NCBI RefSeq assembly: GCF_963921235.1
Contig: NC_086108.1
Coordinates: forward strand, 29,638,001 to 29,702,000
Reading direction: 5' to 3'
DNA: 64,000 nt
Source of the DNA: Mobula hypostoma
Lineage: Eukaryota
The position numbers and the translations under genes were made by a program. Positions within the stretch are counted from its first letter, which is position 1. Every line of letters begins with the position of its first letter. Below are positions 62,410 to 64,000 of the stretch, piece by piece. The notes beneath the pieces were generated by a model. The model made no database searches. It was not told where the DNA came from and worked only from the letters and a program-made list of their open reading frames with translations.

Positions 62410-63186
62410 AGAGAAAATCTACAGATGCTGGAAATCCAAGCAACAGGCACAAAATGCTGGAGAAACTCAGCATCTCTGGAAAAGTGTAAACAGTTGATGT
62501 TTCAGGCAGAGACTCTTCATCAGGACTGGTTAAAACAAAAGATGAGAAGTCAGAGCAAGAAGGTGGAGGGAGGGGAGGAAGAAATACAGGGTGGTAGCTG
62601 ATAGGTGAAACCGGGAGAGGGCGATGTAAAGTGCTGGGAAGTTGACTGGTGAAAGAGATAAAGGGTTAGAGAAGGGGGAATCTGATAGGAGACGGTAGAA
62701 GACTATGGAAGTAAGGGAAGGGGGAGGAGTATCAAAGGGAGGAGATGGGCAAGTAAAGAAATAAGTTGAGAGAGGGAAATGGGAATGGGGAATGCTGAAG
62801 GAGAAGATGAGGCAATTACCAGAAGTTTGAGAAATCAATATTCATGCCATCAGGTTGGAGATTACTCAGACAGAATATAAGGTGTTGCTCCTCCAACCTG
62901 AGTAAGGTCTCTTTGTAGCGGTAAGGGAGGACATGGACTGATATGTCAGAATGGGAATGGGAAGTAGAATCGAAATGGGTGGCCACCAGAAGATCCCATT
63001 TTTCTGGTGGACGGAGCATAGGTGCTTGTGAAGCAGTACCCCAAACTATGTTGGGTCTGACCTATATATAGGAGGCCACAGTGGGAACACTGGGTACAGT
63101 CGATGACCATTACAGACTCAGTTCACCTGGAAGGACTGTTTGGGGCCTTGAATGGTGGTGAGGGAGGAGGTGTAGAGGCAGGTATA
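62410..63186 (-). mobile_element. Older Neptune-type PLE 3' part (GIY-YIG C-terminus and terminus)
   Basis: ORF 62816-63019 VATHFDSTSHSHSD...LRLEEQHLIFCL...QPDGMNIDFSNF. Decayed hammerhead at 62492-62527. Confidence 0.8.
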
Positions 63187-63782
63187 GAACCAATTTGGAA
63201 AATTAAAACATCATAGCATAATTTTGTTACAAGCCATAGAAGAACTATTGATAATAATGAACTTTTGTGTCATTATGAAGTACAACAGGAATCTGAATTC
63301 ATGCAAGTGGACTAAACAAAAGGGGGCAGAATTGTGGCTCGGAGTTTGAGATGTGGATTATACTGCAGAGGGAAGCATGCCAGTAATCATAACCTTTTTT
63401 ATTTATTTGAACACACGCAGAACAACCCTGATAAACCAGCAGTTTGAGCGAACATTGGAGGGCAGCACCATGCAAATACTAGAGGGCAGCACTGCACCAA
63501 TCGGAGGGGGCCAGCCCCCAGCCTAGTACGAAATTCAGCAGCAGGCAGCCAGCTCTGATGTCTCATTCACCGGTAACCCTTAAAAGGGACTCCAAGGCAT
63601 ATGGGCCTTGTCCTCGCCACAACTGAGGCAACACAGCTGTCATTTTCACCAATGAATCAGTTAGCCAGGCTTGCAGTATTCTATGTTAACAATGTTGAAC
63701 AGGGTCTTGTAATCACAATAAAAAGCCTCTGAGTCGGTAGGTTGTGGGTTCTAGTGAAATCGGAGCACAAATCTCCCCAGTA

Positions 63783-63982
63783 CAGGCCCTCCCCAGGTTA
63801 ACACAGGGTTCTATTCCTGAAAACCAGCTGTAACCCAGACAGTTTGCAAACTGGAAATGTGACTGCAGACTGAATTCCCACACACTGAAGATGCCTGCAG
63901 CCCCACAGCAATTGTCAAGTCTATCTTGCTATTTGTCTGCATGGCCTGTAATAAGTCAGGTATTTGTAACCTCGGGAGAGCT
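63783..63982. mobile_element. Possible Tigger/pogo-type MITE
   Basis: TA|CAGGCCCTCCCCAGGTTAAC ... GTAACCTCGGGAGAGCTT, imperfect TIRs. Confidence 0.4.
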
Positions 63983-64000
63983 TTCCAGCATCGAGGGAGT

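Noticed and set aside
18049..62527. CRISPR-like array from the recurring 36-bp motif
   Set aside because: Copies are dispersed on both strands inside PLE termini, with no regular spacers and no cas genes. The context is eukaryotic.

Overview
Vertebrate genomic DNA, almost certainly a cartilaginous fish and probably a ray (inferred from the repeat repertoire: HE1/V-SINE-like and Deu-SINE-like elements, CR1, Rex1/Babar, Neptune-type Penelope-like elements). The first 17 kb hold the last four coding exons of a collagen beta(1-O)galactosyltransferase gene on the + strand, best matching COLGALT2 and ending in the ER-retention signal RDEL. The other ~47 kb show no recognisable host exon and are a dense nest of transposons. 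The most notable structure is a Neptune-type Penelope-like (PLE) family whose 3' terminus carries a minimal type I hammerhead ribozyme motif (AGTC-CTGANGA-A-GGGTCTCGGCCC-GAAAC-GTC-GACT), present in about 18 intact or decayed copies. Five of these insertions share one architecture: two oppositely oriented arms inside a single 13-14 bp target-site duplication (TSD), with one arm always missing the last ~35-55 nt. Several short copies begin at the 5' edge of the ribozyme. Other items are a Poseidon-type PLE with a different hammerhead, a HERO-like REL-endonuclease retroelement, RTE/BovB-tailed SINEs, a composite Tc1 MITE, two related solo LTRs and a candidate conserved enhancer. Family names come from recalled motifs, not database searches. 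TE boundaries without a TSD are approximate.
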